In this document: positions 24,924 to 32,000 of the stretch, piece after piece
How the letters are laid out: each line of letters starts with the position of its first letter
Position numbering within the stretch: position 1 is the first letter of the stretch
Origin: Vibrio vulnificus CMCP6
GTDB taxonomy: Bacteria; Pseudomonadota; Gammaproteobacteria; Enterobacterales; Vibrionaceae
NCBI RefSeq assembly: GCF_000039765.1
Contig: NC_004459.3
Coordinates: 480,001-512,000 of the forward strand
DNA length: 32,000 nucleotides
Direction: 5' to 3'
Notes under the pieces: model-generated
Seen by the model: only the letters and a program-made list of their open reading frames with translations
Database searches by the model: none
What the model was told of the DNA's origin: nothing
Program-made: the position numbers and the translations under genes

Positions 24924-24965
24924 CTATAAAATTTAAAAAAAGTTCAATCGTATTAAAGAGACCGA

Positions 24966-27812
24966 TTAAGCGAACTTACGCGCTTCGCCTTCACCATCCA
25001 CGTTCGACACACAACGGCCACAAATCTTCTCGTGACCTTCAATGGTGCCTACGTCTGGAGTGTGGTGCCAACAACGGTCACACTTCTCAGCTTCCGTTGC
25101 ACGAACTGCGACGAACAGACCTTCGATGTCGGTGGCTTGCGCAGCATCTGATTTCTCGCTCAGTGGTTTCACTGTTGCGGCAGACGTGAGCAGAACAAAG
25201 CGCAGTTCATCTTCCAGCTTGTTGATTTTCGCCGCTAGGGCATCGTCAGCAAATAGAGTCAATTCTGCTTGTAGAGAACCACCAATGGTTTTATCACTAC
25301 GTGCCGCTTCCAGCAGTTTGTTCACCGCACCACGCACTTTCTGCATTTCAGACCAGAATGCGTTGTTCAGTTCTTCACCTTCAGCAAGACCAAACAGACC
25401 ATCGAACCACTCACCGGTGAAGACGAACTTGTCACGGCTTTCTCCACTAGGAAGAGAAGCTGGCATTTGATTCCAGATTTCATCGGCAGTGAACGACATA
25501 ATCGGAGCCATCCAACGAACCAAGGCTTCTACGATGTAGTACAGCGCAGTTTGGCAGCTACGTTGCGCGTGACCACCCAGTTTGGCGGTGTACTGACGGT
25601 CTTTGATCACATCAAGATAGAATGAACCCATCTCGATAGAACAGAAGTGCATCAAGCGCTGTGTGACTGCGTGCGTATTGTACTCATCGTACGCTTTAAC
25701 AATTTCATTTTGCGCCGCCAGTGCACGACCAACTGCCCAACGGTCAAGCGCGACCATCTCTTCAACTGGCACGATATCCGTTTCAGGATTAAAGCCGTTC
25801 AAGTTAGCAAGGAAGAAGCGCGCAGTGTTACGAATACGACGGTAAGCGTCGGCTGAACGTTTTAAGATTTCATCAGAAACCGCAACTTCACCCGTGTAGT
25901 CTGTAGAAGCAACCCATAGACGCAGGATGTCTGCACCCAATTTGTTGGTGACATCTTTTGGCGCAACCACGTTACCGATCGATTTCGACATTTTACGACC
26001 ATGGCCGTCAACCACGAAACCATGCGTCAATACTTGCTTGTAAGGCGCTTTGCCTTTCATCGCAATAGAAGAGATCAATGAAGATTGGAACCAACCACGG
26101 TGTTGGTCTGAACCTTCAAGGTACATATCTGCTTCCGCACCGTTGAACTCTTCACGTTTGTCTACCACTGCGTAGTGTGTTACGCCGGAATCAAACCAAA
26201 CGTCTAGGGTATCCAGGACTTTCTCATATTGAGCTGCGTCATCACCCAGCAATTCCGCTGCATCGATATCCCACCATGCTTGAATGCCTTTTTGCTCCAC
26301 CACTTGAGCGACTTTTTCAATCAGCTCAGACGTGTTTGGATGCAGCTCTGCGGTTTCTTTGTGCACGAACAGGGCAATTGGCACACCCCAAGTACGTTGA
26401 CGTGAGATACACCATTCAGGACGACCTTCGATCATCCCTTCGATACGGCTTTGACCCCACTCAGGCATCCACTGAACACCTTTGATAGACTCAAGCGCTT
26501 TAGCACGCAGGCCAGCTTGGTCCATAGAAACGAACCATTGAGGAGTTGCACGGAAGATGATCGGCGTTTTATGGCGCCAGCAATGTGGGTAGCTGTGCTC
26601 GTAAGCGTGGTGATGCAATAGCGCGCCTTTTTCTTTTAGCGTTTCTACTACAGCGTCATTCGCTTTAAATACGTGCTGACCAGCAAATAGTTCTGTGTCT
26701 GGTAGGTAAACACCGTTTGAGCCCACTGGGTTTGCCACTTCTAGGTTGTACTTTTGGCCAACCGCAAAGTCTTCCTGACCGTGGCCAGGCGCAGTGTGAA
26801 CCACACCAGTACCTGAGTCAGTCGTCACGTGATCACCAAGGATCGCCGGAACAGTGAAATCGTAGAATGGGTGTTGGAACTGAGTAAGCTCAAGATCCGC
26901 ACCTTTGGCAAAACCAAGGTTATGGAAGTGCTCGATACCCGCACGATCCATCACGTCTTTCGCCAATTCCGCCGCAACGATAATACGCTCAGGGTTGTCA
27001 CCCTCAACTTGGATAAGCACGTACTCAAGATCATCACGCAGACACACTGCGCGGTTTGCAGGAAGTGTCCAAGGCGTAGTTGTCCAGATGACGATGGAAA
27101 CGTCACCCTGACCTTGATGGCCTTCATTCAAAGAGAATTTCGCTAATAGTGCAGCTTCGTCAGCAGCCTTAAAGCGCACATCAATAGAAGGAGACACTTT
27201 GTTCTTGTACTCAACTTCTGCTTCTGCCAATGCAGAACCACAATCGGTACACCAATGAACAGGTTTGAAACCTTTCAATAAGTGACCGTTATCAGCGATC
27301 TGACCAAGCGCACGGATGATGTTGGCTTCCGTCGTGAAGTCCATGGTGCGGTAAGGTTTATCCCACTCACCCATGATGCCAAGACGTTTAAAGCTCTCTT
27401 TTTGACCTTCTACTTGGCCTGCTGCGTATTCACGACATTTTTCACGGAACTCAGCAGCCGTCACTTTTTGACCTGGCTTACCCACTTTTTTCTCTACCAT
27501 CAATTCAATTGGCAGACCGTGGCAGTCCCAACCTGGAACGTAAGGTGCGTCAAAACCTGAAAGTGTTTTGGATTTAATAATAATGTCTTTAAGAATCTTG
27601 TTTAGTGCGTGACCAATGTGAATATCACCGTTTGCATATGGAGGACCATCGTGCAACACAAATGATTTCTTGCCTTTTTTCGCTTTACGGATTTCACCGT
27701 AAAGGTCTTCTTGATACCAACGCTTTAGCATTTCTGGCTCACGTTTAGCCAGATCGCCGCGCATCGGAAACCCTGTTTCAGGTAAGTTCAGGGTATCTTT
27801 ATACTCACTCAT
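24966..27812 (-). CDS. ileS: Isoleucine--tRNA ligase
   Basis: 948 aa, class I synthetase with HIGH ([11 protein letters not shown]) and KMSKS motifs, a CP1 editing domain and a C-terminal zinc-binding Cys cluster (CDRCWHH...CGRC). Confidence 0.97.
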   Translation of the reverse strand: MSEYKDTLNLPETGFPMRGDLAKREPEMLKRWYQEDLYGEIRKAKKGKKSFVLHDGPPYANGDIHIGHALNKILKDIIIKSKTLSGFDAPYVPGWDCHGLPIELMVEKKVGKPGQKVTAAEFREKCREYAAGQVEGQKESFKRLGIMGEWDKPYRTMDFTTEANIIRALGQIADNGHLLKGFKPVHWCTDCGSALAEAEVEYKNKVSPSIDVRFKAADEAALLAKFSLNEGHQGQGDVSIVIWTTTPWTLPANRAVCLRDDLEYVLIQVEGDNPERIIVAAELAKDVMDRAGIEHFHNLGFAKGADLELTQFQHPFYDFTVPAILGDHVTTDSGTGVVHTAPGHGQEDFAVGQKYNLEVANPVGSNGVYLPDTELFAGQHVFKANDAVVETLKEKGALLHHHAYEHSYPHCWRHKTPIIFRATPQWFVSMDQAGLRAKALESIKGVQWMPEWGQSRIEGMIEGRPEWCISRQRTWGVPIALFVHKETAELHPNTSELIEKVAQVVEQKGIQAWWDIDAAELLGDDAAQYEKVLDTLDVWFDSGVTHYAVVDKREEFNGAEADMYLEGSDQHRGWFQSSLISSIAMKGKAPYKQVLTHGFVVDGHGRKMSKSIGNVVAPKDVTNKLGADILRLWVASTDYTGEVAVSDEILKRSADAYRRIRNTARFFLANLNGFNPETDIVPVEEMVALDRWAVGRALAAQNEIVKAYDEYNTHAVTQRLMHFCSIEMGSFYLDVIKDRQYTAKLGGHAQRSCQTALYYIVEALVRWMAPIMSFTADEIWNQMPASLPSGESRDKFVFTGEWFDGLFGLAEGEELNNAFWSEMQKVRGAVNKLLEAARSDKTIGGSLQAELTLFADDALAAKINKLEDELRFVLLTSAATVKPLSEKSDAAQATDIEGLFVAVRATEAEKCDRCWHHTPDVGTIEGHEKICGRCVSNVDGEGEARKFA

Positions 27813-27876
27813 CGATTCTTAATTCCGTTATATTGGGCGAAAGTTAGACATTATGTTGTTCGGTGGAATAAACCGT

Positions 27877-28812
27877 TCAACGCTTTAGCTGACGCAGCCA
27901 CACCCTTGCTGCCTCAGCATCCAATTCAATTTGCTGTTTGAGTGCGTCAAAAGACTCAAACTTCTTTTCATCACGCAGTTTATGCAAAAGTACCACTTCT
28001 AACTGCTTGCCATACAAGTTGGCTTGAAAGTCGAATAAATGTACCTCTAACTGCTGACGCACGCCGTTAACCGTCGGTCTTTGGCCAATATTGGCCACAC
28101 CACCAATCGGTTTGTTATCCAAGCCTAACGCTTGAACGACATACACGCCAGAGACGGGAGAAACACAGCGTTTTAGCGGAATATTGGCGGTAGGAAAACC
28201 TATCGTCCTGCCTAATTTACGGCCATGTGAAACACGTCCGCTAATGCTGTAATCCCGCCCTAACATTTGAGCGGCAACCGCTAGCTGATCGTGAGCAAGC
28301 GCTTCACGAATGGCGGTACTACTAACTCTTAACTGCGCTAAACAGAAGCTTTGGGTATTCACTACGGTGAAACCGTATTTTTTGCCCGCTTCTTGCAGCA
28401 TGGCAAAATTGCCTTGTCTTGCTTTACCAAAACAAAAGTCATCGCCAACAACGAGAAACTTAACACCCAAACGCTCAACCAACAAGTCGCGAATAAAGGC
28501 ATCCGCATCTAAGGAAGCGAAATGACGATTAAAGTTGACGCACAACAATCGGTCGATCTCAAGCTTACCCAATTGGACAAACTTATCGCGTAAACGCGTT
28601 AAGCGCGCAGGGGCTTTCTCTTTGGCAAACAGCTCTAAAGGCTGAGGTTCAAATGTCATCACGACAGAAGGTAACGACATTTCCCTAGCTCGCAGAGAGA
28701 CTTGACGCAACACTTCTTGGTGCCCTAAATGCACACCATCAAAGTTACCTATGGTCAATACACAGCCGCGATGCTGTGGTTTTATATTGTGTATACCTCG
28801 TATCAGTTCCAT
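27877..28812 (-). CDS. ribF: Bifunctional riboflavin kinase / FMN adenylyltransferase
   Basis: Colinear with E. coli RibF from M.LIRGIHN....GCVLTIGNFDGVH.GH through GRTIGFPTAN and QLEVHL.D. The ORF track start (28857) is a TTG adding 15 non-homologous residues; the ATG at 28812 matches E. coli. Confidence 0.94.
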   Translation of the reverse strand: MELIRGIHNIKPQHRGCVLTIGNFDGVHLGHQEVLRQVSLRAREMSLPSVVMTFEPQPLELFAKEKAPARLTRLRDKFVQLGKLEIDRLLCVNFNRHFASLDADAFIRDLLVERLGVKFLVVGDDFCFGKARQGNFAMLQEAGKKYGFTVVNTQSFCLAQLRVSSTAIREALAHDQLAVAAQMLGRDYSISGRVSHGRKLGRTIGFPTANIPLKRCVSPVSGVYVVQALGLDNKPIGGVANIGQRPTVNGVRQQLEVHLFDFQANLYGKQLEVVLLHKLRDEKKFESFDALKQQIELDAEAARVWLRQLKR

Positions 28813-28883
28813 TTGGATACAGCGAAATGCCTCTGTTTTCGTTTTATGCAGTGTCAAACTGGCGGATTATATACCAATCCACC

Positions 28884-30446
28884 TTACTCTGTCCCAGCTT
28901 TTAGGTCTTTTACCCGAATCCCGAGTAAAAAGGCACAAGCAACGTACGCCAATGCGCCAAAGCCGATCAACATCGTCAGCATTGCGGCACGATGGGCGGT
29001 GGTCCACTCAAGCCAAACACTCATCTCATCAAGTTGCCACAAAATCGCCGCCACCATCACCGCACCAGAAACCACTAAACGACTGATAAATAAAAACGTA
29101 CGTCGAGAGATTTTATAAACACCAGCGATATGCAAACCTCGGTACAACAGTGCCATGTTAACAAAGGCAGACAAAGCGGTCGCGATAGCCAAACCAACAT
29201 AACCATAGAACCAAGCAAAAATGGCGTTAAACACCATGTTGGTCAGCATAGCAACAATGCCATATTTCACTGGCGTTTTAGTGTCTTGACGAGAATAGTA
29301 GCCAGGCGCGAGTACCTTAATCAGCATAAAATTCAACAACCCAGAAGCGTACGCCAAAAGAGACAGAGAGGCTTGATGCACATCTTGTGGGGTAAACTCA
29401 CCACGCATAAACAGCACCATCAGCATTGGCTTGGCCAATACCATCAAACCGAGCATTGCTGGAATGCCTAGTAAGGTGACCATGCGAACCCCCCAATCCA
29501 TGGTATGGGCAAAACCCTCGCTGTGTGCATCCACATGTTTGCGAGAAAGCGCAGGAAGGATCACCGTCGCAATGGCAATACCAAATAGGCCCAATGGGAA
29601 CTCAAGCAAACGATCAGAATAGTAAAGCCATGAAATCGAACCAGTTTGCAGGAAGCTGGCAATAAAGGTATCAAACAATAAGTTAATTTGACTGACCGAT
29701 ACCCCAAATAAAGCGGGGATCATCAAGGTACGGATTTTAACCACGCCCGGATCGCGCCAACCCCACTTCGGTTTGACTAAAACCCCCGCTTTAATAAGGA
29801 AGGGCATTTGAAAAAGAAACTGTACTAAACCACCCAGAAACACCCCTATCGCCAAACCCACTTCAGGTTGAGCCATGATCGGTGATATGTACCATGCACA
29901 GAGAATGATCATCACGTTGAGAAAAACGGGTGTAAATGAGGACACCGCGAATTTGCCCATGGTATTGAGAATCGCACCAGACAAGGCAACAAAGGTGATA
30001 AACCAAAGATAAGGAAAGGTGATTTTGAGCATAAAGCTGGCAAGCTCAAATTTTTCCGCGGCTGGCCCACCATGTAACCAATCAATAAACCATCCCGCGC
30101 CAAACAATGCCGTGACAACGCCAGAACCGAGCACCCCTAAAATCGTCACGACGGAAACGATCACTCCGAGCGTCCCTGATGCTTTAGCGATGAGATCCCG
30201 TGTTTTGTTTAGATCGCCACTGGCGTGGTATTCCGTCAGTACTGGCACAAAGGCTTGAGAGAACGCTCCCTCAGCAAAAAGTCTTCTTAAGAAATTCGGA
30301 ATTTTGTTGGCAAAGAAAAATACGTCGGCACTGGCACCTGCGCCCATTAAATTGGCGACAACCACATCGCGCACTAAGCCTAAAACACGAGAAACCAACG
30401 TCATAGCGCTGACGATCATGCCGGACTTGAGTAGTCGTTTACTCAC
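28884..30446 (-). CDS. murJ: Lipid II flippase MurJ (MviN)
   Basis: 520 aa, MOP-superfamily polytopic protein. SRVLG..RD..VA...GAG...D.FF.A.K.PN.LRR.FAEGAFSQAFVP.L is colinear with E. coli MurJ. GTG start with a GAGG Shine-Dalgarno. Confidence 0.95.
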   Translation of the reverse strand: MSKRLLKSGMIVSAMTLVSRVLGLVRDVVVANLMGAGASADVFFFANKIPNFLRRLFAEGAFSQAFVPVLTEYHASGDLNKTRDLIAKASGTLGVIVSVVTILGVLGSGVVTALFGAGWFIDWLHGGPAAEKFELASFMLKITFPYLWFITFVALSGAILNTMGKFAVSSFTPVFLNVMIILCAWYISPIMAQPEVGLAIGVFLGGLVQFLFQMPFLIKAGVLVKPKWGWRDPGVVKIRTLMIPALFGVSVSQINLLFDTFIASFLQTGSISWLYYSDRLLEFPLGLFGIAIATVILPALSRKHVDAHSEGFAHTMDWGVRMVTLLGIPAMLGLMVLAKPMLMVLFMRGEFTPQDVHQASLSLLAYASGLLNFMLIKVLAPGYYSRQDTKTPVKYGIVAMLTNMVFNAIFAWFYGYVGLAIATALSAFVNMALLYRGLHIAGVYKISRRTFLFISRLVVSGAVMVAAILWQLDEMSVWLEWTTAHRAAMLTMLIGFGALAYVACAFLLGIRVKDLKAGTE

Positions 30447-30619
30447 TGTAACCTCGAAATATCACCGTAGCTTAACTTTTATCCGTCTTTTGTTAGGACA
30501 GACGCGGATATTTATTAGCATTGGTCTAAAAATGCTGATAGAATCCCCGCCATCTTAACCGCGATGCCCTTTCTTACCAAAACTTGTTTTGGTCGCGATG
30601 GGGTTTTTGCACAAATCAT

Positions 30620-30648
30620 TTGACAATCGGGCATAAATGAGGGATATT
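30620..30648 (+). promoter_or_regulatory. Candidate sigma70 promoter for rpsT
   Basis: TTGACA (30620-30625), 17-nt spacer, GATATT (30643-30648), about 50 nt upstream of the rpsT start. Confidence 0.35.
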
Positions 30649-30696
30649 CCTCGCCCTTAAATTGTCACCGAACTAAAGTTTTTGGGAGTTAGACCC

Positions 30697-30957
30697 TTGG
30701 CAAATAACAAATCTGCTAAGAAGCGCGCTATCCAAGCTGAGAAACGTCGTCAGCACAATGCTAGCCGTCGTTCAATGATGCGCACTTACATGAAAAAAAC
30801 TGTTGCTGCAATCGCTGCTGGCGATAAAGAAGCTGCAACTGCTGCATTCGCTGTAGTTACACCGATCCTAGACCGCATGGCGACTAAAGGCCTTATTCAC
30901 AAGAATAAAGCAGCTCGTCACAAGTCTCGTTTCGCTGCACAAATCAAAGCTCTTTAA
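30697..30957 (+). CDS. rpsT: 30S ribosomal protein S20
   Basis: [30 protein letters not shown]... matches E. coli S20 ([30 protein letters not shown]...). As in E. coli the start is a UUG (30697), preceded by GGGAG 8 nt upstream. The ORF track start at 30682 is an upstream in-frame TTG. Confidence 0.95.
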
Positions 30958-30975
30958 TAGAGTCTCGATTCAGTG

Positions 30976-31005
30976 AAAAAAGCCGGCTTTATGCCGGTTT
31001 TTTTA
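30976..31005 (+). terminator. Rho-independent terminator of rpsT
   Basis: AAAAAAGCCGGC-tttat-GCCGGTTTTTTT. Confidence 0.85.
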
Positions 31006-31026
31006 TTGCTATCAAATTACCCATAT

Positions 31027-31054
31027 AAAAAAGCTGGCTTGTAAGCCAGCTTTT
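31027..31054 (-). terminator. Rho-independent terminator of hlyU (hairpin usable on both strands)
   Basis: AAAAAAGCTGGC-ttgtaa-GCCAGCTTTT. On the minus strand the stem is followed by TTTTTT, 26 nt after the hlyU stop. Confidence 0.8.
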
Positions 31055-31079
31055 CTTTTCTACACGGCACGCAAAAGCA

Positions 31080-31376
31080 TTATTCTTCGCAATAAAGACT
31101 GTGCAGCAGTTTAATCATTGCTTTTACTTCTTCACTTTTCAGAGTGTAGTAAACCGTTTGTGCTTCTTTACGCGTGGTCACCAAACCATCACGACGCAAC
31201 CATGCCAGATGCTGAGACAATGCAGACTGACTTAATTGCAATTTGGCACAAAGTTCCCCGACCGATAGCTCTTGATTGTGTAGCATGCATAAGATTTGCA
31301 GGCGTCTTTCATTGGCCATGGCTTTGAGTAATACGACAGCTTTAGCAGAATTCTGCTCCATATCTTTTAAGTTCAT
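31080..31376 (-). CDS. hlyU: ArsR/SmtB-family winged-helix regulator, HlyU (activator or anti-silencer of haemolysin and RTX toxin genes in vibrios)
   Basis: 98 aa. The core KAVVLLKAMANERRLQILCML...LSVGEL...L.LSQSALSQHLAWLRRDGLV.TRKEAQTV.YTL matches my memory of Vibrio HlyU proteins. It lies between nhaR and rpsT, where I recall V. cholerae hlyU maps. There is no metal-binding ELCVCDL motif, as expected for HlyU. Confidence 0.8.
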   Translation of the reverse strand: MNLKDMEQNSAKAVVLLKAMANERRLQILCMLHNQELSVGELCAKLQLSQSALSQHLAWLRRDGLVTTRKEAQTVYYTLKSEEVKAMIKLLHSLYCEE

Positions 31377-31504
31377 GTGTTGGTCCTCTAGCTACAACTC
31401 ACATGTCCCAACGGTTGTTGCAGATAGTTGTGTTAAACAATTTTATAATTTAGGTTTATATTTTTGTAGATAGTAATCTATTTGGGGTATTCAAGGGAAC
31501 GGTT

Positions 31505-32000
31505 TCATTCAAACAATTGGCTAAAATCTGCGTCACATACATTCTTTACTGCGGGATGTTGAATCATACGCTCAGCAAAGATCACGTAATACTCTTCTTT
31601 GAGATCGTCAACATGGCCAATGAGTTGTAAAGTCAGATCTTCTTCGATTTCTGAGATATAGACGGTCGGGGCAAGGAAAATGACGTCATCATGGTAGCGA
31701 GCAAAGGCTTTCATTAGGGCCACATCATCAAATTCCCCTAAGACATCAGGTTGAATCCCTTGGCGATCAAACCACTGTAAAACCTTACGCCCCATCGCTG
31801 TTCGGCTCCCAGGAATCAACAGTTTTTTCTGCTCCAAAATTGCGGGAAATTCAGCATTATCTATTTTGGTGGAAGAGAAGAAACTCATGCTCGACTCACC
31901 CAGTTTCTTACTATATAGGCCGGGACTTTGTGTCGAGTCGACAGGACAATCAGACAGAATCATGTCGAGCTTGTGTTGTGCCAAACGTTCCAGCAGCAAT
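31505..32000 (-). CDS. nhaR: LysR-family regulator NhaR, C-terminal effector domain (gene runs off the right edge)
   Basis: LLE.L..HKLDMI.SDCP.DSTQ..GL.S...GE...SF...; LLIPG...MGRK.L.WF..QG......GEFDD.ALMKAF......IF.AP; [15 protein letters not shown] are colinear with the E. coli NhaR C-terminal half. Convergent with rpsT as in E. coli. Confidence 0.85.
   Translation of the reverse strand, partial: LLLERLAQHKLDMILSDCPVDSTQSPGLYSKKLGESSMSFFSSTKIDNAEFPAILEQKKLLIPGSRTAMGRKVLQWFDRQGIQPDVLGEFDDVALMKAFARYHDDVIFLAPTVYISEIEEDLTLQLIGHVDDLKEEYYVIFAERMIQHPAVKNVCDADFSQLFE

Noticed and set aside
1-32000. Search for CRISPR arrays, tRNA or rRNA genes, transposases, integrases, phage genes, toxin-antitoxin pairs or defence islands
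   Set aside because: Every ORF of substantial length is accounted for by a conserved housekeeping or regulatory gene in conserved synteny. There are no spaced direct-repeat arrays and no recombinase-like ORFs. The only repeat-like element is the small ERIC-like palindrome.

Overview
This window looks like core chromosome from a Vibrio species (large chromosome). About 30 intact housekeeping genes are densely packed. The order matches what I recall of the V. cholerae nhaR-hlyU-rpsT ... bamD-rluD-clpB region, and parts match E. coli blocks (clpB-yfiH-rluD/bamD-raiA-pheLA; yjjX-trpR-slt-ettA; tyrA-aroF; ribF-ileS-lspA-fkpB-ispH; rpsT-nhaR). The 98-aa HlyU sequence resembles my memory of V. vulnificus HlyU, but I cannot verify the species without a search.

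Gene content, left to right:
- Left end: clpB (5' part), pgeF, rluD, bamD, raiA.
- Aromatic amino-acid genes and neighbours: a Phe-rich leader peptide plus attenuator, pheA, yjjX, trpR, slt, ettA, a PilZ protein, an M23 peptidase, tyrA, aroF.
- Middle: nagZ, anmK, an NhaP-type antiporter, a DUF2799 lipoprotein, a short CstA-family transporter, btsS, btsR.
- Right end: ispH, fkpB, lspA, ileS, ribF, murJ, rpsT, hlyU, nhaR (3' part).

I found no rRNA, tRNA, CRISPR array, transposase, integrase, phage gene or recognisable defence or toxin-antitoxin genes. I cannot honestly point to a clearly novel multi-gene system.

The most interesting unexplained or unannotated signals are:
1. Four 20-bp-phased ACCACTNA direct repeats upstream of the cstA-like gene, probably a BtsR (LytTR) operator array.
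2. A 144-bp ERIC-like imperfect palindrome plus terminator-like hairpins interrupting the ileS-lspA-fkpB-ispH operon.
3. A canonical PilZ protein apparently co-transcribed with a catalytically intact coiled-coil M23 peptidase, at a synteny junction.
4. Several sequence-supported regulatory sites: the pheL attenuator, a perfect CRP palindrome before raiA, TyrR boxes before aroF, and a sigma32 promoter before clpB.
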